A DNA stretch of 55,664 bases, the filler included, from Platydemus manokwari (Eukaryota), in NCBI GenBank assembly GCA_037951405.1. It is 5 parts of 5 records of this genome, joined end to end, with 100 filler letters (N's around TTAATTAATTAA, not from the genome) between each part and the next. Parts side by side here need not be neighbours in the genome. Positions count along the whole stretch, not along the records: positions 11,556 to 23,602 come from JBBMOY010330002.1; 4 more parts are not named here. One strand, given 5' to 3'. The notes beneath the pieces were generated by a model. It was not told where the DNA came from. It searched no databases and was given only the letters and a program-made list of their open reading frames with translations. This document shows, in pieces, positions 11,556 to 23,702 of this stretch. How positions within the stretch are numbered: position 1 is the first letter of the stretch; each line of letters begins with the position of its first letter. Position numbers and translations under genes: made by a program.

Positions 11556-14500
11556 GGTGCAGAAACTGTTGTAATTCATCGAGATATCCAAGTTTATACC
11601 CTTGCTCCAAATCCAAAACATGCTGTTTAGGCAAGTTGAAAATAAATCCGTTCTGAAGAATGTGAATCTTGTTTCCAAATAGGAATTATACAAACTGTAA
11701 TATCTCATGGAGATATCCAAGTTTATACTTTTGATCAAAATCCAAAAGATGCTGCTTAGGCCAGATAAGAATGAATTCCTTCTGATGAATCTTAAGCTCG
11801 TTTTCAAATAGGAGTTTCTCAAACTGTAATATTTCATAAAGATATCCAAATTTTTACCCTTCCTCAAAATCCAAAACATACTGTATAAGTAAGAAGACAA
11901 TGAATTCATTCTGAAGAATCTGAAGCTCGCTTCCAAATAGGAGTTCCACAAACTGTAATATTTCATGGAGATATCCAAGTTTATACCTTTGCTCAAAATC
12001 CAAAACATGCTGTTTAAACCAAAAGAGAATGCACTCGTTCTGGAGAATCTGAGGCTCGCTTCCAAATAGGAGTTCCAGAAAATGTAATATTTTATAGGGA
12101 TATCCAAGTTTATACTCTTGCTCAAAACCCAAAATATGCTGTTTAGGCCAGAAGAGAATGAATACTTACTGAAGAATCTGAAGCTCGTTTCCAAATAGGA
12201 GTTCCACAAACTCTAATGTCACATGGCCATATCCAACTTGATACCCTTGGTCAAAATCCAACACATGCTGTTTAGGACAGGAGAAAATAAATCCGTTCTG
12301 AAGAATGTGAAATTTGTTTCCAAATAGGAGTTCCACAAACTGTAATATTTCATGGAGATATCCAAGTTTATGACCTTGCTCAAAATCGAAAACATGCTGT
12401 TTAGACCAGAAGAGAATGAATTCGTTCTGAAGAATCTGAAGCTCGTTTCCTAATAGAAATTCCACAAACTGTAATATCTCATGGAGATATCCAAGTTTCT
12501 ACCCTTGCTAAAAATCCACAACATGCAATTTAGACCACAAGAGAATAAATTCGTTCTGAAGAATCTGAAGCTCGTTTCCAAAAAGAAGTTTCACAAACTG
12601 TAGTATCTCATGGGGATATTCATGTTTATATGCTTGCTGAATATCCAAAACATACTGTTTAGGACAGAAGTGAATGAATTCGTTCTGAAGAATCTGAAGC
12701 TCGTTTCCAAATATTAGTTCCACAAAATAATATCTCATGGAGGTATCCAAATTGATACCTTAGCTTAAAATCCAAAACATGCTGTTTAGGCCAGAAGAGA
12801 ATGAAATCATTCTGAAGAATCTGAAGCTCGCTTTCCAATAGGAGTTCCACCAACGGTAATATTTCATGGAGATATCCAAATTGATACCTTAGCTTAAAAT
12901 CCAAAACATGCTGTTCAGGTCAAAAGAAAATGAAATCATTCTGAAGAATCTGAAGCTCGTTTCCAAATAAGAGTTCCTCAAACTGTAATATTTCATGGAG
13001 ATATCCAAGTTTATACCTTTGCTCAAAATCCAAAACATGCTGTTTAGACCAAAAGAGAATGAATTCGTTCTGAAGAATCTGAAGCTCGCTTCCAAATAGG
13101 AGTTCCAGAAACTGTAATATTTCATGGGGATATCCAAGTTTATACCCTTGCTCAAAATCCGAAACATGCTGTTTAGGCCAGAAGAGAATGAATTCGTTCT
13201 GAAGAATCTGAAGCTCGCTTCCAAATAGGAGTTCCAGAAACTGTAATATTTCATGGAGATATCCAAGATGATACCCTTGCTGAAAATCCAAAACATGCTG
13301 TTTAGGCCAGAAGAGAATGAATTCGTTCTGAAGAATCTGAATCTGAAACTAGTTTCGAGCAAGGAGGTGCAGAAACTGTTGTAATTCATCGAGATATCCA
13401 AGTTTATACCCTTGCTCCAAATCCAAAACATGCTGTTTAGGCCAGAAGAGAATGAATTGGTTCAGAAGAATCTGAATCTGAACGTAGTTTCGAACAATGA
13501 TGCGCAGAAACTTGTAATTCATCGAGATAATCAAGTTTATACCCTTGCTTTCAATCCAAAATTTGCTGTTTAGGCCAGTAGAGACTGAATTCGTTCTGAA
13601 AAATCTGAATCTGCATCTAGTTTCGAGCAAGGACTTGCAGAAACTGTTATAATTCATCGAGATATTTAAATCTATACCCTTGCTTTCAATCCAAAGCTTG
13701 CTATTTAGGCCAGAAGAAATTGAATTGGTTCTGAAGAATCTGAATCTGAAGCTAGTTTTGAGCAAAGAGGTGCAGTAACTTATGTAATTAATCGAGATAT
13801 ACAAGTTTATACCCTTACTTTCAATCCAAAATATGCTGTTTAGGCCACAAGAGAATGAATTCCTTCTGAAGAATCTGAATCTGAATCTATTTTCGACCAA
13901 GGATGCGCAGAAACTTGTAATTCATCGAGATAATCAAGTTTATACCCTTGCTTTCAATCCAAAACTTGCTGTTTAGGCCATGAGAGATTGATATCGTTCT
14001 GGAGAATCTGAATCTGAAGCTAGTTTTCAGCAAGGAGGCGCAGAAACTGTTGTAATTCATTTGGACATTCAAGTCTATATACTTGCTATGAATCAAAGAC
14101 ATGCTGCTTAGGCCAGAATAGAATGGTTTCGTTTTGAAGAATCTGAATCTGAAGCAAGTTTCGAGCAAGGAGGTGCAGAAACTGTTGTAATTCATCGAGA
14201 TATTCAAGTTTATACCATTGCCTTCAATCTAAAACATGCTGTTCAGCTAGTAATGAATGAATTCTTTCTGAATAATCTGAATCTGAAACTATTTTCGAGC
14301 AAAGAGGCGCAGAAACTGTTGTAATTCATCGAGATATCCAAGTTTATATACTTGTTTCAAATCCAAAACATGCTGTTTAGGCCAGAAGAAATTGAATTCG
14401 TTCTGAAGAATCTGAATGTGTATCTGGTTTTGAGCAAGGAGGCGCAGAAACTGTTGTAATTCATCGAGATATTCAATTTTATACTTTTGCTTTCAATCCA

Positions 14501-17500
14501 AAATATGCTGTTTAGGCCACAAGAGAATGAATTCGTTCTAAAGAATCTGAATCTGAAGCTAGTTTCGAGCAGTGATGCGTATAAACTGTTGTAATTCATT
14601 CAGATATTCAATTTTATATACTTGCTTTCTATTAAAAACATGCGGCTTAGGCCAGAAGAGAATTAAATCGTTCTGAAGAATATTTATCTGATGCAAGTTT
14701 CGACCAAGGAGGCGCAGAAGCAGTTGTAATTCACCGAGATATTCAGTTTATATCTTTGCTTTCAATCCAAAACATGCTGTGTAGGCCAGAAGAGATTGAA
14801 TTCGTTCTGAAGAATCTGAACGTGTATCTAGTTTTGAGCAAGGAGGTTCAGAAACTGTTGTAATTCATCGAGATATTCAAATTTATACCCTTGCTTTCAA
14901 TCCAAAACTTGTTATTAATGCCAGTAGAGAGTGAATTCGTTCTGTAGAATCTGAATCTGAAGCTAGTTTCGAGCAGGGAGGCGCAGAAACTGTTGTAATT
15001 CATCGAGATATCAAAGTTTATATCCTTGCTTTCAATCCAAAACATGCTGTTTAATCCAGAAGAGATTGAATTCGTTCTGAAGAATCTGAATCTGAAGCTA
15101 GTTTCGAGCAAGGAGGTGCAGAAACAGTTGTAGTTCATCGAGATATTCAAGTCTATATCCCTGCTTTCAATCGAAAACTTGCTGTTTAGGCCAGAAGAGA
15201 TAGATTTCGTTCTGAAGAATCTGATTCTGAAGCTAGTTTCGAGCAAAGAGACGCAGCAACTGTTGTAATTCATCGAGATATTCACGTTTGTACCATTGCT
15301 TTCTATCCAAAACAGGCTGTTAATGCCAGTAGAGATTGAATTAGTTCTGAAGAATCTGAATCTGGAGCTAGTTTCGAGCAGGGAAGCGCAGAAACTATTG
15401 TAATTCATCGAGATATCCGAGTTTATTCTCTTGCTTTCAATCCGAAACATGCTCTTTAGGCCAGAAGAGAATGGATTCGTTCTGAAGAATCTGAATCTGA
15501 AGCTAATTTCGAGCAATGAAGTGCAGAAACTGTTTTACTTCATCGAGATATTCAAGTTTCTACCCTCGCTTTCAATTCAAAACATGCTGTTTAGGCCAGA
15601 AGAGATTGAATTCGTTCTGTAGAATCTAAAGCTCGTTTCAAAAAGAAGTTCCACCAATTGAAATATCTCATGGAGATATCCAAGTTTATGCGTTTGCGCA
15701 AAATCCAAAACATGCTGTTTAGACCAGAAAATAATTAATTCGTTCTGAAGAATCTGAAGCTCGTTTCCACATAGAAGTTCCACAAATGGTAATATCTCAT
15801 GCAGATATTAAAGTTTACTATCCTGCTCAAAATCCAAAACATGCTGTTCAGGCCAGAAGAGAATGAATTCGTTGTGATGAATCTGAAGCTCATTTCGAGC
15901 AAGAAGGTCCGCAAACTGTAATATATCGTAGAGATATCCAAGTTTATACCCTTGCTCAAAATACAAAACATGTTGTTTTGGCAGGAGAGAATGAATTCTT
16001 TCTGACAAACACGTCTCTCATTTCGAGAAAGAAGATGCAGAACCAGTAATATCTCATGGAGATATCTAAGACTATACCCTTCCTCAAAAACCAAAACATG
16101 CTGTTTAGGTCAGAAGAAAATGATTTCGTTCCGAAGAATCTGAATCTCGTTTTCAAAGTGAAGTTCCACAAACTGTAATATCTCATGGAGATATTCAAGT
16201 TTGTCCTCTTGCTCAAAATCCAAAACGTGATGTTTAGGCCAGAAGACAATGCATTTGTTCTGAATAATCTGAATTTCGTTTCCAAAAAGAAGTTCTACAA
16301 ACTATAATATCTCATAGAGATATCGAAGTTTATACCCTTGCTTAAAAACCAAAACATGCTGTTTCGGCCAGAAGAGAATGAACTCGTTCTGAAGAATCTG
16401 AAGCTCATTTCCAAATGGAAGTTCCACAAACTGTAATATCTCATGGAGATATCCAAGTTTATTCCTTTGCTCAAAAAATGTAAAACATGCTGTTTAGGCG
16501 AGAAGAGAATGAATTCGTTCTGAAGAATCTAAAGCTCGTTTCCAAAAAGAAATTCCACAAACTGTAATATCTCACGGAGATATCCAAGTTTATATCCTTG
16601 CTCAAAATCCAAAACATGCTGTTTAGGCAAGAAGAGAATGAATTTTTTCTGAAAAATCTGAAGCTCGTTTCCAAATAGGAGTTAAACACACTGAAATATC
16701 TCATGGAGATATCCAAGTTTATACCCTTCATCACAATTCAAAGCATGCTGTTTATGCCAGAAGAGAATGAATTCGTTCTGAAGAATCTGAAGCTCGTTTC
16801 CACATATTCAAGTAATTTTCTTGCTCAAAATCCAAAACATGCTGTTCAGACCAAAAGAGAATGAATTCGTTTAGATGAATCTGAAGCTCAGCTCGAGCAA
16901 GAAAGTCCACAAACTGTAATATCTCATGTAGATATCCAAGTTTATGCCTTGCTCAAAATTGAAAACTTGCTGCTTAGGTCAGAAGAGAATGAATTTGTTC
17001 TGAATAATCTGAAGCTCGTTTTCAAAAAGAAGTTCCGCAAACTGTAACATCTCATGGAGATATCCAAGTTTATATCCATCCTCAAAATCCAAAACATGCT
17101 GTTTAGGCCAGAAGAGAGTGAAATCGTTCTGAAGAATTTGAAGCTCGTTTCAAAATAAGCAAAAATAAGCAAACTGTAATATACTCATGGAGATATACAA
17201 GTTTATACCTTGCTCAAAATCTAAAACTTGCTGTTGAGTCCAAAAAAGAATGAATTCGTTCTGAATAATCTGAAGCTCGTCTCCAAAAAGAAGTTCCACA
17301 AACTGTAACATCTCATGGCGCTATCCAATGTTATACCCTTGCTCAAAATCTAAAACATGCTGTTTATGCCAAAAGAGAATGAATTCGTTCTGAAGAATAT
17401 GAATCTCGTTTCCAAAAAGAAGTTCCACAAACTGTAATATCTCATGGGGATATCCAAGTTTATACCCCTGTATAAAATCAAAACCATGCTGTTTAGGCCA

Positions 17501-20500
17501 GAAGAGAATGAATTCGTTCTGAGAAATCCGAAGCTCGTTTCCAAAAACAAATTCCAAAAACTGTAATATCTTATGGAGAATCCAAGTTTATACCCTTCCT
17601 CAAAAAATCTAAAAACATGCTATTTAGGCCAGAAGAGAATGAATTCGTTCTGAAGAATCTGAAGCTCGATTCCAAAAAGAAGTTTCCACAAACCGTACTA
17701 TCTCATGGAGATATGCAAGTTTATATCCTTGCTCAAAATCCAAAAGATGCTGTTTAGGCCAGAAGAGCATGAATTCGTTCTGAAGAATCTGAAGCTCGTT
17801 CCCAAATAGGAGTTAAACAAACTGTAATATCTCATGGAGATATACAAGTTTATACCTTGCTCGAAATCTAAAACTTTCTGTTGAGGCCAGAAGAGAATGA
17901 ATTTGTCCTAAATAATCTGAAGCTCGTTTCCAAAAAGAAGTTTCACAAACTGTAACATCTCATGGATATATCCAATGTTATACCCTTGATCAAAATCTAA
18001 AACATGCTGTTTATGCCAAAAGAGAATGAATTCGTTCTGAAGAATCTGAATCTCGTTTAAAAAAAGAAGTTCCACAAACAGTAATATCTCATGGGGATAT
18101 CCAAATTTATACCCATGCATAAAATCCAAAGCATGCTGTTTATGCCAGAAGAGAATGAATTCTTTCTGTGAAGTCCGAAGCTCGTTTCCAAAAACAAATT
18201 CCGTAAACTTTAATATCTCATGGACATATCCAAGTTTATAGCCTTGCTCAAAATCCGAAACATGCTGTTTAGGCCAGAAAATTATGAATTCGTTCTAGAG
18301 AATCAGAAGTTCGTTTCCAAATAGGAGTTCCACAAACTGTAATATATCATAGAGATATCCAAGTTTATACCCTTGCTCAAAATCCAAAACATGCTGTTTA
18401 GGCCTGTAGAGAATGAATTCGTTCTGAAAAACCTGAATCTCGTTTCCAAATAGGAGTTAAACAAACTGGAATATCTTATGGAGATATCCAAGTTTATTCC
18501 TTTGCTCAAAAAATCTAAAACATGCTGTTTAGGCGGGAAGAGAATGAATTCGTTCTGAGGAATCTAAAGCTCGTTTCCACATATTCAAGTAATTTTCTTG
18601 CTCAAAATCCAAAACATACTGTTCAGACCAGAAGAGAATGAATTCGTTTAGATGAATCTGAAGCTCAGTTATAGCAAGAAGGTCCGCAAACTTTAACATC
18701 TCATGGAGATATTCAAGTTTATAGCCTTGCTCAAAATCTAAAACATGCTGCTTAGGCCAGAAGAGAATGAACTCGTTTTGAAGAATCAGAAGCTCGCTTC
18801 CAAATAGGAGTTCCACAAACTGTAATATATCATAGAGATATCCAAGTTTATACCCTTGCTCAAAATCCAAAATATGCTGTTTAGGCCAGAAGAGAATGAA
18901 TTCGTTCTGAATAATCTGAAGCTCGTTTCCACATATTCAAGTAATTTTCTTGCTCAAAATCCAAAACATGCTGTTCAGACCAGAAGAGAATGAATTCGTT
19001 TAGATGAATCTGAAGCTCAGTTTGAGCAAGAAGGTCCACAAACTGTAATATCTCATGGAGATATCCAAGTTTATGCCTTGTTCAAAATCGAAAACTTGCT
19101 GTTTAGGTCAGAAGAGAATGAATTTGTTCTGAATACTCTGAAGCTCGTTTTCAAAAAGAAGTTCCGCAAACTGTAACATCTCGTGGAGATATTCAAGTTT
19201 ATATCCTTGCTCAAAATCCAAAACATGTTGTTTAGGCCAGAAGAAAGTGAAATCGTTCTGAAGAATCTATAGCTCGTTTCAAAATAAGCAAAAATAAGCA
19301 AACTGTAATATACTCATGGAGATATACAAGTTTATACCTTGCTCAAAATCTAAAACTTGCTGTTGAGTCCAAAAAAGAATGAATTCGTTCTGAATAATCT
19401 GAAGCTCGTCTCCAAAAAGAAGTTCCACAAACTGTAACATCTCATGGCGCTATCCAATGTTATACCCTTGCTCAAAATCTAAAACATGCTGTTTATGCCA
19501 AAAGAGAATGAATTCGTTCTGAAGAATCTGAATCTCGTTTCCAAAAAGAAGTTCCACAAACTGTAATATCTCATGGGGATATCCAAGTTTATACGCCTAT
19601 ATCAAATCAAAACCATCCTGTTTAGGCTAAGAAGAGAATGAATTCGTTCTGAGAAATCCGAAGCTCGTTTCCAAAAACAAATTCCATAAACTTTAATATG
19701 TCATGGAGATATCCAAGTTTATCCCCTTGCTCAAAATCCGAAACATGCTGTTTAGGCCAGAAAATTATGAATTCGTTCTAAAGAACCAGAAGTTCGTTTC
19801 CAAAAAGACGTTATACAAACTGTAACATCTCATGGAGATATCCAAGTTTATACCCCTGCTCAAAATCCAAAACATGCTGTTTAGACCAGAAGATAAGGAA
19901 TTCGTTCTAAAGAATCTGAAGCTCGTTTCCAAATAGAAGTTACACAAACTGTAATATCTCATGCAGATATTCAAGTTTATACCCTTGCTCAAAATCTAAA
20001 ACATGATCTTTAGGCCAGAAGAGAATGAATTCGTTCTGAAGAATCTGAAGCACGTTTCCGAAAAGGATTTCCACAAACTGTAATATCTCATGGAGATATC
20101 CAAATTTTTACCTTGCTAAAAATCTAAAACTTTCTGTCTAGGTCAGAAGAGAATGAATTCGTTCTGAAGAATCTGAAGCTCCTTTCCACATAGAAGTTCC
20201 ACAAACTGTAACATTCCATGGAGATATCCCAGTTTATACGCTTGTTCAAAATCCAAAATTTGCTGTTTAGGCCAGAAGAGAATGAATTCGTTCCGAAAAA
20301 TCTGAAGCTCGTTTCCAAAAGATGTTCCACAAACTGCAACATCGCATGGAGATATCCAAGTTTATAGCTCCTCGCAAAATCCAAAACATGCTGTTCAGGC
20401 CCAAAGAGAATGAATTCATTCAGAAGAATCAGATTTTCGTTTCCAAAAACAAGTTACACAAACTGTAATATCTCATGGAGATATCCAAGTTTGTACCCCT

Positions 20501-23500
20501 GTTCAAAATCCAATACATATTGTTTAGACCAGACAAGAAGGAATTCCTTCTGAAGAATTAGAAGCTCGTTTCCAAATAAGAGTTAAACAATCTGTAATAT
20601 ATCATGGAGATATTCAGGTTTATACATTTGCTTAAAATCCAAAACATGCTATTTAGGCCAGAAGAAAATGAATTCGTTCTGAAGAATCAGAAGCTCGTTT
20701 CCAAAATAAAGTTACACAAACTGTAATATCCCATGGAGATATCCAACTTTAAACCCCTGCTGAAAATCCAAAACATGCTGTTTAGGCCAGAAGAGAATGA
20801 ACTCGTTCTGAGGAATCTGAAGCTCATTTCCAAAAAGAAGTTCCACAAACTGTAATATCTCATGGAGATATCCAAATTTATACCCATGCATAAAATCCAA
20901 AGCATACTGTTTAGGCCAGAAGAGAATGAATTCTTTCTGAGAAGTCCGAAGCTCGTTTCCAAAAACAAATTCCATAAACTTTAATATCTCATGGAGATAT
21001 CCAAGTTTATACCCTTGCTCCATATCCAAAACATGCTGTTTAAGCTAGTTGCAATTCACCGAGATATCCAAGTTTATACCCTTTCTCTTAATAAGAAATA
21101 TGCAGTTTAGGCCAAAAGAGAATGAATTCTTTGTGAAGAATCTGAAGCTGAAGCTAGTTTCGGGCAAGGAGATGCAGAAAATGTTGTAATTCATCGAGAC
21201 AAACAAGTTTATACCCTTGCTTCAAATCCAAAACATGCTGTTTAAGCCAGAAGATATTGAATTCGTTCTGAAGAATCTGAATCTGAAGTTAGTTTCGAGC
21301 AAGGAGGTGCAGAAACCTTTTTAATTCATCGAGATACCCAAGTTTATACCCATTCTTCAAATCCAAAACATGCTGTTTAAGCCAGTTGAGAATGAATTCG
21401 TTCTAAAGAATCTGAATCTGAAGGTAGTTTCGAGCAAGGAGGTGCAGAAACTTTTGTAATTCATCTATATATTGAAGTTTATACCCTTGCTCCAAATCCA
21501 AAACATGCTGTTTAGGCCAGAAGAGAATGCATTCGTTCTGAAGAATCTGATTCTGAAGGTAGTTTCGAGCAAGGAGGTGCAGAAACTGTTGCAATTCATC
21601 GAGATATCCAAGTTTAAACCACTGCTGCAAATCCAAAACATTTTGTTTAAGCCAAAAGAGATTGAATTCATTCTGAATAATCTCAATCTGAAGATAGTTT
21701 CGAACAAGAAGGTGCAGAAACTGTTGTAATTCATCGAGATATCCAAGTTTATACCCTTGCTCCAGTTCCAAAACATGCTATTTGGGCCAGAAGATATTGA
21801 ATTCGTTCTGAAGAATCTGAATATGAAGTTAGTTTCGAGCAATGAGGTGCAGAAACTGTTGTAATTCACCGAGATACCCAAATTTATACGCTTGCTTCAA
21901 ATCCAAAACATGATGTTTAAGCCAGAAGAGAATGAATTCGTTCTGAAGAATCTGAATCTGAAGCTAGTTTCGAGGAAGCAGGTGCAGAAACTGTTGTAAT
22001 TCATCGAGATATCCAAGTTTATACCCTTTCTCTTAATCAGAGACATGTTGTTTAGGCCAGAATAGATTGAATTCGTTCTGAAGAATCTGAATCTGAAAAT
22101 AGTTTACATCAAGAAGGTGCAGAAATTGTTGTAATTTATCGAGATATCCAAGTGTATACCCTAGCTCCAAATCCAAAACATGCAGTTTAGGCCAAAAGAG
22201 AATGAATTCGTTCTGAAGAATCTGAATCTGAAACTAGTCTCGAGCAAGGAGGTGCAGAAACTGTTGTAATTCATAGAGATATGCGAGTTTATATCCCTTC
22301 TCCAAATCCAAGACATTATGTTTAAGCCAAAAGAGATTGAATTCGTTCTGAAGAATCTGACTCTGAAGCTAGTTTCGAGTCAGAAGGTGCAGAAACTGTT
22401 GTAATTCATCGAGATATCCAAGTTTATACCCTTGCTCCAAATCCAAAACATGATTTTAAGCCAGAAGAGAATGAATTCCTTTTGAAAATTCTGAATATGA
22501 AGCTAGTTTCGAGCAAGGAGGTGCAGAAACTGTTTTAATTCATCGAGATACCTAAGTTTATACCCCTGCTTCAAATCCAAAACATGCTGTTTAAGCCAGT
22601 TGAGAATGAATTCGTTCTAAAGAATCTGAATCTGAAGCTAGTATCAAGCAAGGAGGTGCAGAAACTGTTGTAATTCATCGAGATATCCAAGTTTATACCC
22701 TTTCTCTTAAATAGAAACATGCTGTTTAGGCCAGAAGAGATTGAATTCGTTCTGAAGAATCTGAATCTGAAGCTAGTATCAAGCAAGGAGGTGTAGAAAC
22801 TGTTGTAATTCATCATGCTGTTTAAGCTAGTTGAGAATGATTTCGTTCTGAAGAATCTGAATCTGAAAATAGTTTCCAACAAGAAGGTGCAGAAATTGCT
22901 GTAATTCATCTAGATATCCAAGTTTATACCATTGCTCCAAATCCAAAACATGCCTTTTGCCCCAGAAGATATTGAATTCCTTCTGAAGAATCTGAATCTG
23001 AAACTAGTTTCGAGCAAGGAGGTGCAGAAACTGTTGTAATTCACCGAGATACCCAAGTTTATACGCTTGCTCGAAATCCAAAACATGATGTTTAAGCCAG
23101 AAGAGAATGAATTCCTTGTGATGAATCCGAATCTGAAGCTAGTTTAGAGGAAGCAGGTGCAGAAACTGTTGTAATTCATCGAGATATCCAAGTTTATACC
23201 CTTTCTCTTAATCAGAAACATGCTGTTTAGGCTAGAAGAGATTGAATTCGTTCTGAAGAATCTGAATCTGAAGCTAGTATCAAGCAAGGAGGTGCAGAAA
23301 CTGTTTTAATTCATCGAGATATACGAGATTATATCCCTTCTCCAAATCCAAGACATTATGTTTAAGCGAAAAGAGATTGAATTCGTTCTGAAGAATCTGA
23401 CTCTGAAGCTAGTTTCGATCCAGAAGGTGCAGAAACTGTTGTAATTCATCGAGATATCCAGATTTATAGCCTTGCTGCAAATCCAAATCTTCTTTTTTAG

Positions 23501-23602
23501 GCCAGAAGGGATTGAATTCGTTCTGAAGAATCTGAATCTGAAGCTAGTATCAAGCAAGGAGGTGCAGAAACTGTTGTAATTCATCGAGATATCCAAGTTT
23601 AT
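11556..23602. repeat. 12-kb tandem array of about 90 units: type A 129 bp, type B 135 bp
   Basis: A consensus AAGTTTATACCCTTGCTCAAAATCCAAAACATGCTGTTTAGGCCAGAAGAGAATGAATTCGTTCTGAAGAATCTGAAGCTCGTTTCCAAAWAGRAGTTCCACAAACTGTAATATCTCATGGAGATATCC. B has an extra AATCTG and reads ...CTAGTTTCGAGCAAGGAGGTGCAGAAACTGTTGTAATTCATCGAG. Blocks: A ~11600-13320, B ~13320-15620, A ~15620-21040, B ~21040-23602. The 135-bp period is exact from 21061 to 22411. Confidence 0.97.
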
Positions 23603-23702
23603 NNNNNNNNNNNNNNNNNNNNNNNNNNNNNNNNNNNNNNNNNNNNTTAATTAATTAANNNNNNNNNNNNNNNNNNNNNNNNNNNNNNNNNNNNNNNNNN
23701 NN
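23603..23702. other. Artificial contig spacer
   Basis: Same 44 N + 12 + 44 N structure. Confidence 0.97.

Noticed and set aside
21940-22005. Type I hammerhead ribozyme in B units (tgaat-CTGAAGC...GAAAC-tgtt-GTA-attca)
   Set aside because: A 5-bp stem I and a minimal stem III can be drawn, but the core is CUGAAGC rather than CUGANGA, stem II does not close, and A units mostly have CAAAC instead of GAAAC.
11508-23596. The many short ORF-track calls in the array as separate genes
   Set aside because: They are pieces of the same repeat frames broken by indels and stops, not independent genes.
11556-23602. CRISPR array
   Set aside because: The whole unit is repeated, there are no unique spacers, no cas genes, and the context is eukaryotic.
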